DNA of 64,000 nt from Marsupella aquatica (taxonomy: Eukaryota; Plantae; Marchantiophyta). This document shows positions 1 through 11,958 of this stretch, piece after piece. The stretch covers positions 11,906,238-11,970,237 of the forward strand of contig OZ316892.1 in NCBI GenBank assembly GCA_973895155.1, read 5' to 3'. Position 1 is the first letter of the stretch. The number at the start of each line of letters is the position of its first letter. The notes under the pieces are model-generated. The model was not told the DNA's origin. It ran no database searches and worked only from the letters and a program-made list of their open reading frames with translations. The translations under genes and the position numbers were made by a program.

Positions 1-244
1 AGAGAGAGAGCTTGGACCATGGAGCTATGGTGATATGTATTTTTTGTGTTCACAGTGGAGATCTTGGTGCGTAGCCCTGACGGGGTGAACCACATATCTT
101 TGTGTCGGTGTGCTAGAGTGTTGAATGAGTGATGATTGTGAGACGTCATGCTGTCGGTTTTGATCCTACAACCTGCAGTGCAATTGAGTTGTCAATGTGT
201 AAGCCATACTAGCCTACCTAAACTGGTGTTGTCTCTTAGCTACA
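1..244 (+). mobile_element. Probable LTR remnant (3' part, runs off the window start)
   Basis: Ends in ...TAGCTACA. Contains CGTAGCC...GTGAACCACATATCT, which also occurs in the reverse complement of the solo LTR at 2458-2803. No PBS follows. Confidence 0.45.
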
Positions 245-2457
245 ATTAAGTTCAAAAATTATAAAATACATGACCTAAGCCATATGGTCTCTTAGTGTTA
301 GTATACACACAAGCCAAAAGCAATTGCTCTGCTGCCTGGCTTGCCAAAGGATTTTCTAACGTTGGCTCCCAAATTATTGGTGTAGCGTGCATGAACTTTT
401 GTTGGGAACACATTTTGAATGAACTTTTGTTGGGAGCACATTTTATACAACTGCTAGCTTGTAGACTGTTCTGTCTATTGGGAAAGGGTGGAATAGCAAG
501 ATCCAATAATAAATTGACCGCTCTAACAACATCAAAAATCATATCCAACTGTGAATGTCTTCCCCTGTAGGAATTGCATAACAAATAATATTAACCTAGG
601 AATTTAATGTTAACATAATTTTGGTCAAGACTTGAATCTGATCATTTCAATTCTTGGTGTGGCTGCATGCATATATGGACATTGCAGATTGACTGTACTG
701 CAAAGGTGACTGTGTGGATAGCAGGATGGCATAAGAATGTTTGAGTAAAAACTCAAGTGCTTTCCAAAGAACACCAAATGAATCCACTACACAGTCTAGA
801 TGAATTTTTCCTTCATTCTGTCCAACAAGACGCATTGAGGAGGACACTCTAGGGCTGCAAACCAAGATACCAGTTTTGCAAAAGATTTTGAGCCTGCTAC
901 ATCTGATGGTCGTAACATTGGCACTTGGACATTAAGCATGACTCAGGATGCCAAATGTCTCACCCAACAATGATCAATTAGTTTTGGACAAGGCCTCGCC
1001 ATATATGCTTGTACCTGGACAAGCATGTTGCGAAAAGTGGTTGGAACGCTGTAGTTTCAATGTCTGAACCTGACTCACCTTTAAATTATTTTCTGTCCAA
1101 TGTGGTCTACTGTTAGCTCCAAATTGGGAAACTCTAACTCTAAGTCTCAACTTTTATTTTGTCTTGAACCCCCCTTGAACTATGGGTGACCTTGCCATGT
1201 AGCATACTCTAGGAATCCAAGCGACAATCAAATTCATTGAAACTAGAGAAAGATTCTCCAAGCCTGATACAACTAGCCTCATCCTCCACCTCATGTGGAG
1301 ACTTTCCTCCCAACAATGGATTGACCGCATCAATCTTAGAATTCCAAGCTGCAAATGCCCTACAATTTATTGCTTGGAGGCAACGCAAGCTTCTCCTTGT
1401 CTATAATATGTACTTAGTGATAAGCATCTTGTATCATCCAATCTAGCTATAGATTTTCTTCAATGATTTCTGCCTCCATCCTCAACATATGTTGTCTGAT
1501 CTGTTGCAAATGTCACATCCAATGTGTCTCTTGCCTGCAATTGCAATGTCTTCTGAATGTGCCCCATTGTTAGCAATATTTATCTGAATTACTCTCGGCA
1601 ATGTGGCTGCTGTTTTAGATGTGCAACGCCTTGCTACCCTGCCAAAGGACTCATTCTGCTGCACAATTTCTCCCTATTGCCTGTGATTATGGACCCCCAT
1701 GACAAGTCTCTTGTAAATTATCTGGCCTATGGGTGGGCCATGTTAGCGGTATCCACTATAAACACGAACAATTATGTATGCCGCAACACACAAACATGAT
1801 GCCAAAAAAATTGTTACAGAGAATGATAAAACTTAGGAAACTTGAAATTAACATACCAAGAGTGGGGGGAAAAACGACCTCTCGCAAGGTCCATTTAACA
1901 ATTATTTAAATTAATTCTAAAACATATATTTATTTACTTAACAAACAACAACTACTAACTCTACGTTTCATCTTATTGATAACGGAATTGATTGAAAGAG
2001 GCAAGGAAAGAGGACAATGGACAATGGTGCACAACTATTACAAGAAAAGATCAATTTTGTTGAATTTCTTAGATCAGCAAATGAGATCAAATGTTGATCA
2101 TCAACGACAGTGTGCACTTTGAGCCAGTGGTACTTTAAAATTAGGCGGTTGTGCGTATGGGGTATTTAGATTGAAGATCTCCCAAGACTTTCCAATGACC
2201 CTCATCAAACCAATTATATGAAAGAGATTGAAGGGGCCTAAAGGAAAGAATGAGATAGGATTTGGGGAAAAATAGAACATATGGAAGTTTAGGGTGGGAA
2301 CGTTTCAAAAAGAGAGAGGCCCCAATGTTTCCCTTAAAGAAATGGGGGGAGAACCTGGGGCCTACTTCTCTTTCTCTCCACCATATCCCTAAACCCTTAT
2401 GATCTTGTGATTGTCATAAAGGTTTCTAGTAAATTTTGCTATTACTAAATCAATTCT

Positions 2458-2803
2458 TGTTGAGCATAGACGACAATTGCAACGGCAAGCCCATTAACCA
2501 TCCAACGTACAAGAGTTGACACAGAGAGATATGTGGTTCACTTCCACATGAGGCTACGTCCACGGGAACACACAAGAACTTTACTGCACTCTAGGCCGTC
2601 CGGCCATACCAAGCATCCACAACACAAGTCTCCCTATCTCTCAACTAGCTCCGTAACAATGAGCCTTAGTCCCCTAGGGTCTGGCACCAGCCCTGGCTAT
2701 ATACACAACAGCACTACCGTTAACCTTAACTAAGTCATAACTCAAGTTAGCCTAAATGTGGTGGTTAGCTCATGAGTCACAAGACTAAGAGCAATACCTA
2801 ACA
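2458..2803 (-). mobile_element. Solo LTR (346 bp) with 5-bp TSD
   Basis: Termini TGTT...AACA, flanked on both sides by ATTCT (2453-2457 and 2804-2808). Strand is inferred. Confidence 0.85.
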
Positions 2804-3000
2804 ATTCTGATCAAAATCAGTAATTTTTGTGTTAATAGAAACATTTTTTGAAGGGTTTTGTAGCACACCCTAGCATGGTAAGAATCACTAAGAATTGAGT
2901 GTGCTACATTTAAAAATTCGTTGACGTCATAGTTTCTTCAAAAGACAGAAACTTACAATCCGATATTACTAATATATTCTTAGTAAAAAATATATTAGAA

Positions 3001-4012
3001 ATCACCCTTTCCAGCATCCTCTCCGAGGCACCTGACATGGACCGAGCTTGGATTCTTTCTTCCGGAGGGAAGGGCGCAGGTGGATAGCTTCAGGCCAATC
3101 CAGTCATTCCTCATTTGCGGATGTCTTCAACGAAGTTCTCCACAGCCATGCGTATTCATATGGGGCTGCCCCACCCACTTCTTGCAGGTTTACCCCCTTC
3201 TTGCACTTGTGGGAAGCCTTGTGATGCCACAGGTGTCCATCTTCTTCGGTGCAGTTTGGGAGGTGAAACCATTATTGTTCACGACGCTGTGCGAGATGCA
3301 ACTGCTCAGGTTCTCTCTAGCTCTTTGGTATGCGTGCGGCGGGAGGTGGTACTCGAGTTACCTGGTCCTCCATCACAGCGGTTACGGGTGGATCTTACCA
3401 TGGTCCGTGAGGCTCAACGTACATTGGCAGATGTAGTGGTGGCAAACCCATTGCGCCAAGACATCATTGGGACAACGGCAACTACGGCAGGGGCAGCAGC
3501 GTCACCTGCGGCAACAACGAAGGAGGCCAAATATGCTGCACGAGCTTCATCCGACAGCTTCCTCTCCCTTGCTCTGGAGCTATTTGGGCGTCTTCATCCT
3601 CAGTTTGATGGGCTTCTTCGGCAAGCTGCCCGGGATGTTCATGGCCGCATGGGTTCCACCGGACCCCCGCTTTCTATTTTGACCACGCACTTTCACCAAC
3701 GCATTTCAGTCACCTTGCAGCGTGCTCAAGCTCGGGCCATCTATCGTCGATCTCTTACAGTGGGTGCTAGTGTGCCTCCGCAGCGGCTAGCTCCCCTAGA
3801 GGATGTTCCAATCCCACTTGCCAATCTAGCTTTGACCCTTGATGTGGACCAGTAACTTTTTGCCACATTTGCTAGGAATGATGAGGACCTCGGTCCGCTT
3901 GGGTTAGTTTTAGTCTCTCTTTCTTGGTTTTTAGGGGTTCCCTATTGCTCATTTCTTACTTTTAGTTCCTCTTTCTTGGTGTTTAGTGGTTCCCTTTTGC
4001 TCACTTCTTTTT
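3001..4012 (+). mobile_element. 5'-truncated non-LTR retrotransposon with restriction-like endonuclease (CRE/R2 group), C-terminal part
   Basis: ORF 3115-3855 has a zinc knuckle CTC..HLLRC, (R/V)HD, RVD...AD nuclease core, KEAKY, ELFG and RISVTLQR, the usual RLE motif order. The frame extends upstream through GAGG*LQA (TAG at 3085-3087 where W is expected). The 3' end has a ~52-bp tandem duplication (3907-4010). Confidence 0.8.
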
Positions 4013-4559
4013 CAATTGGTTTTGTCCACTTGGGCCCTCTTTTGTTTGTTCATTTGTACTCTGATTGGTCCCTTTGTATATAAAAGTGTGTATATTCTTC
4101 CAAGTTAAAAAATCTACCAAATTTTGTTTGCCATCAATCCATCTGTCCATTTGTAAGGTCACAGGTCTATGCAAGGGAATGTGTTGTATGAGAAATAGAT
4201 GCATGCCTAATTGGGTTATCACCCTAGAGCAGAGTTCCAACAAATAAAACTGTTTGCCTTGGATTTTGCTTCCAGGTTCATCCAACATCCCCCTTCAGTT
4301 GGCCATTGCCCAATTTCCTGGGTGTGGTCTTCTTTATATTTCTTTGTATGCGTGCAATGGATTTGCTTGTTATTTTGAGGCAGAAAACTTACGTCTAATT
4401 CAACTTAACTTGTAGTTTTGAGGCAGAAAACAATTTCCATAATCTTTTATAGCCATTTCTGGGGAATCACAGGGTATGGGAGTTGCAACAGACAAGGTCA
4501 ACGTCCATCTTTATTTAGAGAAAAGAAAAATGGTCATGAATAATTTACAAGGAGAGGCT

Positions 4560-5400
4560 AAACAAAGTACAACAAAGGAAAAGTAAAAAGGTGCAAAGCA
4601 GACAAACACCAACACTAACGAAGAGCGAAACGAGGAGGCAATTGCAAAACCCCTAAATCTAGAAGAGAGGGAAATTTGAATATATGTGGGTCCATCTTTA
4701 CTTAGACTTCATGATAATTATCTGTGAACCCCCATGTTCATCCAAGGAATGTGTGTGTGATGAAGTGAAATCAATTTTTAGCAAGAAGATAACCCATGGT
4801 TTTGAGTTTCCCGGTGGTCTTGTGTGTGCTCGTACAAAAGAGTACACTCAAAAGTTAGAGGAGATTGATCTGGTTGAGACGATCTCTCTAGTTTATCAAA
4901 CGAAAGGTTGAATGTGGAGGAATTGATTTTCTGACAGTTTTCGCTTACACATTGGAGAAATCATGTTTCTACCAATCTTGATTGATTGTTTGTGAGTTAC
5001 ATTGAGCATTATGGCCATAGGACAGACTGGAGGACAACACTCAGTTGTTGGCGGAAGAGCGTCTATCATTTTGGTAAGAAGAACGCACGAAACAGATGAG
5101 CCATCACTTTGCATGAAGGTTTTGTAAATTTTTTGATTTATGAAAGCTATGGTGTGAAGGGGAGACCAGCGATTGTTTCTTTGGCATAGAGGTTGCATTT
5201 GGCGTCAACCTGTGTTCAGAGTGAGCTTCAATTGAAGCTTGGAGTGATGCAAACAATTCAATCCGGGAAGCAAGCGTTGCGGACAGGCGATGACGATGTA
5301 ATCGAATAAATTAATTTGCAGCAGCTAAGTTTGTGATGGTGACGGGATTGTGACATCTCTTCATCAAGAAAGAGAGGTGGACATTTTTTGATGTTGCATT
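4560..5400 (-). mobile_element. Possible heavily decayed L1-type LINE 3' fragment
   Basis: Minus-strand remnants ALP..CCPPVCP and ..FLQC resemble a zf-RVT module; many stops and frameshifts. Confidence 0.3.
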
Positions 5401-5611
5401 TCTTGAGTCGGTGACGGTTATTTAAGTGTGTGCAAGTTATACGATTGTACGGTATCCACCATTCACCTCACAACTCAAACTCTTCGACGCAATGTGACAA
5501 AATGATAGTACCCTATTCACAATCATCTCTCGTTGGTATCTCTGTCATTAAAAGAGAGAGGATCAGGTATGAGTCATTACTTATTTACTTATGTTATTTT
5601 AGAGGTAGTTA

Positions 5612-5720
5612 TCTTGGGGGTCTCACTATATGGATATCTCCCCCATCACCTACGACGTTTTTAGGCCTTGTACCCCCTAAAATGTAAGAGAAAATATTAT
5701 TTGTTAACCGCTATAAAACT
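5612..5720 (-). repeat. Diverged inverted copy of the right end of the 7989-18173 transposon
   Basis: CTTGGGGGTCTCACTATATG...CATCACCTACGACGTTTTTAGG..TG.ACCCCCTAA..TTGTTAACCGCTATAAAACT aligns with the reverse complement of 18025-18173. Confidence 0.7.
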
Positions 5721-6319
5721 GGAAATTCTTGGAATATTCCAAAAATTTGGTTAGAAAATCACTAATGTTCTTATAAGTCTCAAAATTGGATTTAAAAGAC
5801 CCTATTGTTTTTTTGAGAAATTTTTTAAGTTTTCCATTTGAACCAATAAAACAACCATATTCTTGGTCATCCGTGATATGTTATTTTTGTGGAAGTGAAA
5901 CACCCAAAACATTTATCTAATTAATTATATAATAAATAATTTAAAAACACTCAAAAAGGTAACTAATATTTTTACAGTGAAAAAAATAACATCTTTTCCT
6001 TTATATTCTGGTTTTTTTACATTTAATATTTATGGCACGATTCCTCATCATTTACACAAAATGAACATAAACATGATAAGGACCTTTTTGTTTTCCAGAA
6101 AACCTACTCTATCCTGTTTGTCACCATCCTCGTTGATGTGCATGGCGCATTCTCGTGCGGGAATTTGCAAGGAACCCCTCATGGGGGTCTGCAAATATAT
6201 ATTTTTGGCTTGGTAGGACTGCTAGCACTTGTATTTTGCTATGCTTTGGTAGCAAGTAATATGGTATTGGGTTCAGTTTTCAAAATTGCCTTTAGGAAAA
6301 GTTGCCAGCACATAGTTTG

Positions 6320-6775
6320 ACATAATGTTGTCAAGGTGATAAATGATGTCAAGGAGAGAAATAATGTCAAAGTGAACAAAATGTCGAGGTGATAAAAGAT
6401 GTTGAGGAGAGAAAATATGTAAAGGTGAGCAAAAGATGTCGAGGTGATAAAAGATGTCAAAGAGAGAAAAAAGATGTCAAGGTGATAGAAGATGTTGAGG
6501 TGAGCAAAGGATGTAAAAGAGAAGGATGTAAAGGAGAAAAGCTCTAAAGGAGAGGAAAGATGTCAAGGTGAGAAAAAGATACGAATGTGAAAAATGACAA
6601 TCATCGAGGTGAGTAAAATATGTCAAGGAGAAAAAATATGTCAAGATGAGAAAATATGTCTAACGTGAGAAAAAAATGTTGAGTAGATAAAACTATGTCA
6701 AGATGAGAAAAATATATCAGGGTGAGAAAAAATTGTCAAGGCAAAAAAAATTGTCAAGTCGAGGCAAAGATGTTG
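6320..6775 (+). repeat. Degenerate minisatellite (~18-20 bp unit, consensus ~AAAGATGTCAAGGTGAG)
   Basis: About 20 visible iterations of GATGTC(A/G)AGGTGA/AG. Confidence 0.8.
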
Positions 6776-8286
6776 GGGCAAAGCATGTCCCAAAGTGTTA
6801 TTGTGAAAGCAATGTTGTGGGGGAGGGCGAGAGCATGGGGGGGAATGCAAGATGGGGGGTGGTGGCTGGGGTATCACGGGGTCAAGTGTGGTTGCCCTCT
6901 GCTGATATATAGAGAAATCCTTTCTCTCCTTCCATGGTACTGGTTTGTTCCTTCCTTTTCCACTTTTGTCAATTGCACAAAAGCTTTGAGATGGGATAGT
7001 TTGGTATAATGGGATTTAAAATATGACAATTGTCATATTTTAAATTGTCATTACATCCATTTCATTGTTACAAACAATTATCACTATGGCCATTTTGTTG
7101 TTGGGGCCATTTTATTCTTGAGGCCATTATGCCTTTGGTCAATAAGGTTATTGCAAAAAGGAATTTAGGATTGAGTGTTTATCTAACTTGGAAAAAATAG
7201 TTCATAGAGAGAAAAGAAAAAAGAAAATTCGTGATCTACTCCCAATAGACTTAAATCTTTTTCATAGCTTAATTTGTATTGTTCTCTGTATTTTAAGTGA
7301 ATGGGGCGAACATGTGTCCAAATGTCATGTGGGGTCGAACTGTCAAGAACTGAAACTGGCGCAAAGGCGGCGCTGGCTTTGCTCACCCTCTTGGGATTTT
7401 GAGGGATTAGATGCTTGGGATTCCTTATGAAGGTGGATTAACGACAGAAGGGAAGTGGGGAGCGGTGAGAGAGTCACGATTTTCAGACAAATTACGATTG
7501 GAGTGAAGATTTCGGGTTTGGGGAGGGGTGCGTCCGGTTGTGCAGTCTCCGTTAGGTCAGGGTGGCTCGGGGTTGAACGAGACAGCATTGAATTACAGGG
7601 AATCACTGCAAAGGAGATTTCAGCGGAGAAGCGACAACTAAAACTGGTAAAGCAAGAGATTGCGGAGACATGTCCTTTGGGCTATGTATTGCTGAGGAAT
7701 TAGCACATCAGCTGGGAGTGGAGTCACGTCGTTCAGGCGTAAGCAAGATTAGGCAATCGGGCTATTCACTCCCGGTGGATGAAGTTGCTACACAAAGGGC
7801 GATCAAGCTTACGAAGTGAGGCGGGATCACGGGGGGTTAACGCTAGGTCAGCGTGAAAACTGGAGCGAGGAAGAAGTTTGGTTTGAGCTTAAGGAGTGAG
7901 GCCTGGTCTGGGGGTTCAAAGGGTGATCGGGCTTTCGGGGGTGGCAGAATCTGGGCCGCTCGGGTGGGGCTTTCCATTGAGTGGGGTACTCGGGGGGGTC
8001 ACTTCCGTGGAAGTGCCACATCACGTGCGACGAAGTATAGGGCCATTTAATTGGGTTCGGCGGAAGACTTCCAAAGTTTCGTGGAAGAACAATAGGGTCC
8101 GTTTTAATTGTTGGGCCGCTTTAAAGAACAATAGGCATTTATTAAATGGGACATATTCCACGGAAGATGTCCATGAAAGTTAGGGTTGCTTGCAATAGTT
8201 CTACATGGGACACACGGCATGTTGTGATTGGTCCAAGTGTCATAATATAATTGGTACACGTGTAGGGTACTATAGTCAAAATTGAG

Positions 8287-8367
8287 TTTGGGGTTTTGGG
8301 GTTTGGGGTTTTGGGGTCTGGGGTTAAAACATTTTGGGTTTGGGGTTTTGGGGGTTCTTTGGGGGGG
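8287..8367 (+). repeat. Telomere-like (T3-4G4)n tract, G-quadruplex-capable
   Basis: TTTGGGGTTTTGGGGTTTGGGGTTTTGGGGTCTGGGG..., about 300 bp inside the left TIR. Confidence 0.8.
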
Positions 8368-10596
8368 CTTAATGCCGGTTTTGGAGGGGCCCCATGGTTT
8401 CCCCTCTCGATTTGCAGGAGCCGTTGATTTCTAGATCCAATGGCCTACAAATGCCCGAGTTTAGGGTAACCTATTATCAACGAGAGGAGGGGGGCAAAAG
8501 GCATAAGGGCACTAGGGCCCACGGGAAGCATGACTGCGCGGGAGGACCTTCATTTCGAAAAATGTTTCTGCTGCGTTGAGATTGAGTTGCAGCCGCAACA
8601 TTGGAGAGGAGGCCGTCGAGTGTGTTGGAGGTCAAGAACTATTGCAAGGCTGCATTGGAGAGGAGGCTAGAGGTCGAGAACTGCTGCGGTTGCATTGGAG
8701 AGGAGGCCAAAGGTGGAGAGGAGCTGCTGCTGCAGCATTCAAGAGGTGTTGTGGACTTGCCATTTTTGTGCATCACTTGCGGCTCAAGTTTCAGTTTGCT
8801 TTGAGCTTTTGCTTGTTGTTTTCTTCTGATGTAGTTTGCTGACATTTGAATAGGAGGAAGGCGACGCTGGAAAGAAACAGTGGGAGGACGTCGCTGCCTG
8901 GCTGGACATTTGGATCGAGGTCATTGTGGAGGTCACGATTGAATCTCGGATTAAATCATTGATCGTCATCCTGATCGTCGTGTGTGGTTCTTCACTTTGC
9001 AGCTTGCTATAGCCTGGAGGACGGCTACTCTTCAGAGAACAGCATTAACAAGTAAGTGCCCAAAATGCTGAGGACTTGCGCTTTCTGCCTCCCATATGCA
9101 AGCTTCACAGAAATTGACGTCTCTACCATGATACCCTGGCTTGCTGATTGAGCTCGCTCGCTGCCTTGTTTGTATGTTTTTCTTTCGCATGTATTAGGAG
9201 GACGACAATGCTGGTTGGAGGACTATTGTTGCCGGTTGTGTAGCTGCGTCACATTGGAAGACAAGGACGGTCCGGAAGGGACGCTCGGCGAGGGCGGAGG
9301 TGAGGGTAGAAGAGCGTTACATCTAGTACCAGGTTTGAATCTGGCTCCTTGTCCAGGTTGCAATTGAAAGTTTCCTAGACAACCAAGTCCACATTGTCTG
9401 TGTGCTTGCATTGCCTACTCGCATTGAAAAGAGCTAGTCTAGAATGTTACGTAGCTATTTCTTTTGTAGTAGTAGCCAAGCGGAATCCACAGAAGAGGCT
9501 TCCAATGTAGTATGCGACGGTCTGTACACATTGTTGTTGTGCTGCATTCATAATCGTTGCTCGGACCTGGGTTTGGTCAGGTCTTGCAGAAGTTTTGGTT
9601 AGGTCCTGGCTGTGGAATTTTTCTGCATCTTGCTTCTGTTGAACTGTCAAACTGAGGATTTTGTGTCTTGCATAGGATCTTCCTGATCTATGGAGCTCGT
9701 TTTGCTTGCCTCTTATCGGAAGCAATTGGATTGAATGTCTTGTATTCCCTTCCCGGTTGTTGCTTCTGAACTTTGGCCAATAGGCTTCTTTGTGGTAGGC
9801 CGCCTTGAAATTGCCTTGAAATTGGCCGGTTGAAAAGCTTTGAAGGAGGTGGAGCGACTGTGACCTTTTCCAGTGTTGTTACTACCAAATTTCCACTGCG
9901 AGGTATGTATGTGGTAATTAATTGATGTCGATAGCAAATAGTTCAGTCTTGTTTGCTGTTAAGTAGGTTGAGTTCACTTCAGTTTACTAGATAGACAGAC
10001 CCTCAGAGTTAAGCAAATACTTAAGTTCGAGGAAGCTTGTTGGTAGTAAGACTGTGAACAATGTCATAGCGCAGGTCAACATTATTGTCTGCAAGGGCTT
10101 CATTCTGAATTTTCTGCTCCACTGTTGTCCTTGTAGGGCGAGGCAAGTTCACTTACTGGTGGTGGGTCTCGGATCGTGTTGTTTAGGGTTGTATTCTATA
10201 TTGGTGTTGTGCAGAAAACAACATACTTCAGGTGTGGATCTCCCTTCTTTTCAATTAATTATGGTCTGGTGTATGTACTATAGATGAAGTTGTGTAGTAT
10301 TATAATTCAACTGTTTGACTGATTTGAATGTACAGAGACAGGACAGTGGACCGATCTAGGGGAATGGACACTTGTTTCATGGATATGCATTTTTACTCTC
10401 ATTTTTACTGCGCTGGTGAGTTGCTGATATGTTTTAATTGTGCACTATGGAATGTGTAGATTCACACAATCTTGGGTGGTGAGCAGGAGTTCGGGTTCTC
10501 ATTCGACTACAAAAGTTGTGGGGAGCCTAGGATCCAAGTAATCTCCACTTTGTTGCAGAGGACAACAGGGCCTTTAGCTTTAGGGTTGACTGTGCC

Positions 10597-11064
10597 ATGG
10601 GTCGTAGATATGAGTCTGCACCAAAGGTTTTGCCCTGTTCAATTTCGAAGCCAATTTTTGAGGGTGTGAATGCCTTCTTAGTTCCAAATGAATTTTCAAG
10701 AGCTCGTTTTGAAGTTTTCCATAGAAAGCTAATTGAACGTCATGGTCAGCTTTGCACTGTTGCTTCCAGCAACACCACTCACATTGTTGCTGGTTCTTGG
10801 AGAGCAGTCATGTCCAAGTGGACATGGTCTGGTGTTAATTCCCTCATTCAAGAGCAGGCATTGAAAGTTGTCTCATTTGAATGGATGTGCGAATCCCTCA
10901 AAGCAGGAGTCCTATTGGAAGAAGGCCCTTTCAACTTAATGTTGACTGAGGTAGAGTCTGAGGTAGATTGCGCTAAGAGAAAAGTAGAACAGATTGAACA
11001 GGATAAGGCAGGTTCAGTTTGGAGAAGTATAAACTTGATCATGCCAAAACGTAAATGTGTGTAG
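10597..11064 (+). CDS. BRCT-domain ORF/exon resembling the DNA polymerase lambda N-terminal BRCT (transposon cargo)
   Basis: IFEGVNAFLV..RFEVFHRKL..G..TTHIVA..VVSFEWMCESLKAG..EEGPFNL is the BRCT pattern (F-G, THxV, WxxxS). A likely splice donor lies at 11012. Confidence 0.7.
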   Translation: MGRRYESAPKVLPCSISKPIFEGVNAFLVPNEFSRARFEVFHRKLIERHGQLCTVASSNTTHIVAGSWRAVMSKWTWSGVNSLIQEQALKVVSFEWMCESLKAGVLLEEGPFNLMLTEVESEVDCAKRKVEQIEQDKAGSVWRSINLIMPKRKCV

Positions 11065-11352
11065 CTTACTGTAAATGTAACCTCTGCTCAGTCTTGGAGC
11101 AATTTAATAAAGCGTTGCTTGCTGCAATTCTTTGCAGATCCGCTGTTTGGTTCTTGGAGCACTATGTAGTTCCTTTGTTTTGTGTAGGTTTTTAAAGATT
11201 AGTTGCTTCTCTTTTTTGTGCAAGGACATTCTAGCGCAAGGCAGAAAGTGTGGAAGTTCTTGGTCCAAGCAAAGGTCGGCCCCTGTACCCTATTTGTTGT
11301 GGCCTTGTGATTTTGTTGGAGTGAGCACAATCTCAATCTAGGTGCACTAAAG

Positions 11353-11790
11353 ATGGTTGTGACACGCAGTGCATTGTCTGAATATCATCAACAGAAGGGT
11401 GAGCAATTTCGTGTGAAGATGATTCACAATGGGGTCGTGCCTGCAGACTGTGTTGTGACGTGGGGCTATCCAAGTCTGCCTCGCAACCATTATAGGAGGC
11501 TGAATACATCCCCACTAGTCCCAAACAGTATCCGTCTAGTTAAACAAACACTTGGGGTGTTGGATGAGGACTGTGTCTTCCTGGAGGCTTGTCTCCATTG
11601 TCACACCCATACATGTGATCGTTGTAGGGGAGGTCACTCAAACATAGTGCAAACTTTTGCACAGTACATGGCAAGAATGGCATGGGGTGGTTGCCTAGCA
11701 TGGAATACTTGTCATTTCATCAATGATTGTGTCTGTGGTGGGACACGTCCAGGTTCTGCCTGTGATGATGATGCACATTCAAGTTGCTGA
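11353..11790 (+). CDS. Cys/His-rich ORF of unknown function inside the transposon
   Basis: 145 aa, ATG start, CLHC..CDRC..H and C-H-C-C clusters; no family recognised. Confidence 0.3.
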   Translation: MVVTRSALSEYHQQKGEQFRVKMIHNGVVPADCVVTWGYPSLPRNHYRRLNTSPLVPNSIRLVKQTLGVLDEDCVFLEACLHCHTHTCDRCRGGHSNIVQTFAQYMARMAWGGCLAWNTCHFINDCVCGGTRPGSACDDDAHSSC

Positions 11791-11958
11791 CTTCTAATCT
11801 GCATTCCTCATATTGCAGGATGGATCAAAGGAGCCCACAGGGAAGTGATGCCCCTGGTGGAGGCTACTGGCTGTGATTGCTAGTGGACTGTTGCTCCTTC
11901 TGGTACATCACATGCCTGTCCCTAATTTTTGAAGGTAATTTTGCAGATCTTGTTCAGC

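Noticed and set aside
7400-7988. Short GC-rich ORFs left of the TIR
   Set aside because: No recognisable domain and not the missing Copia half.
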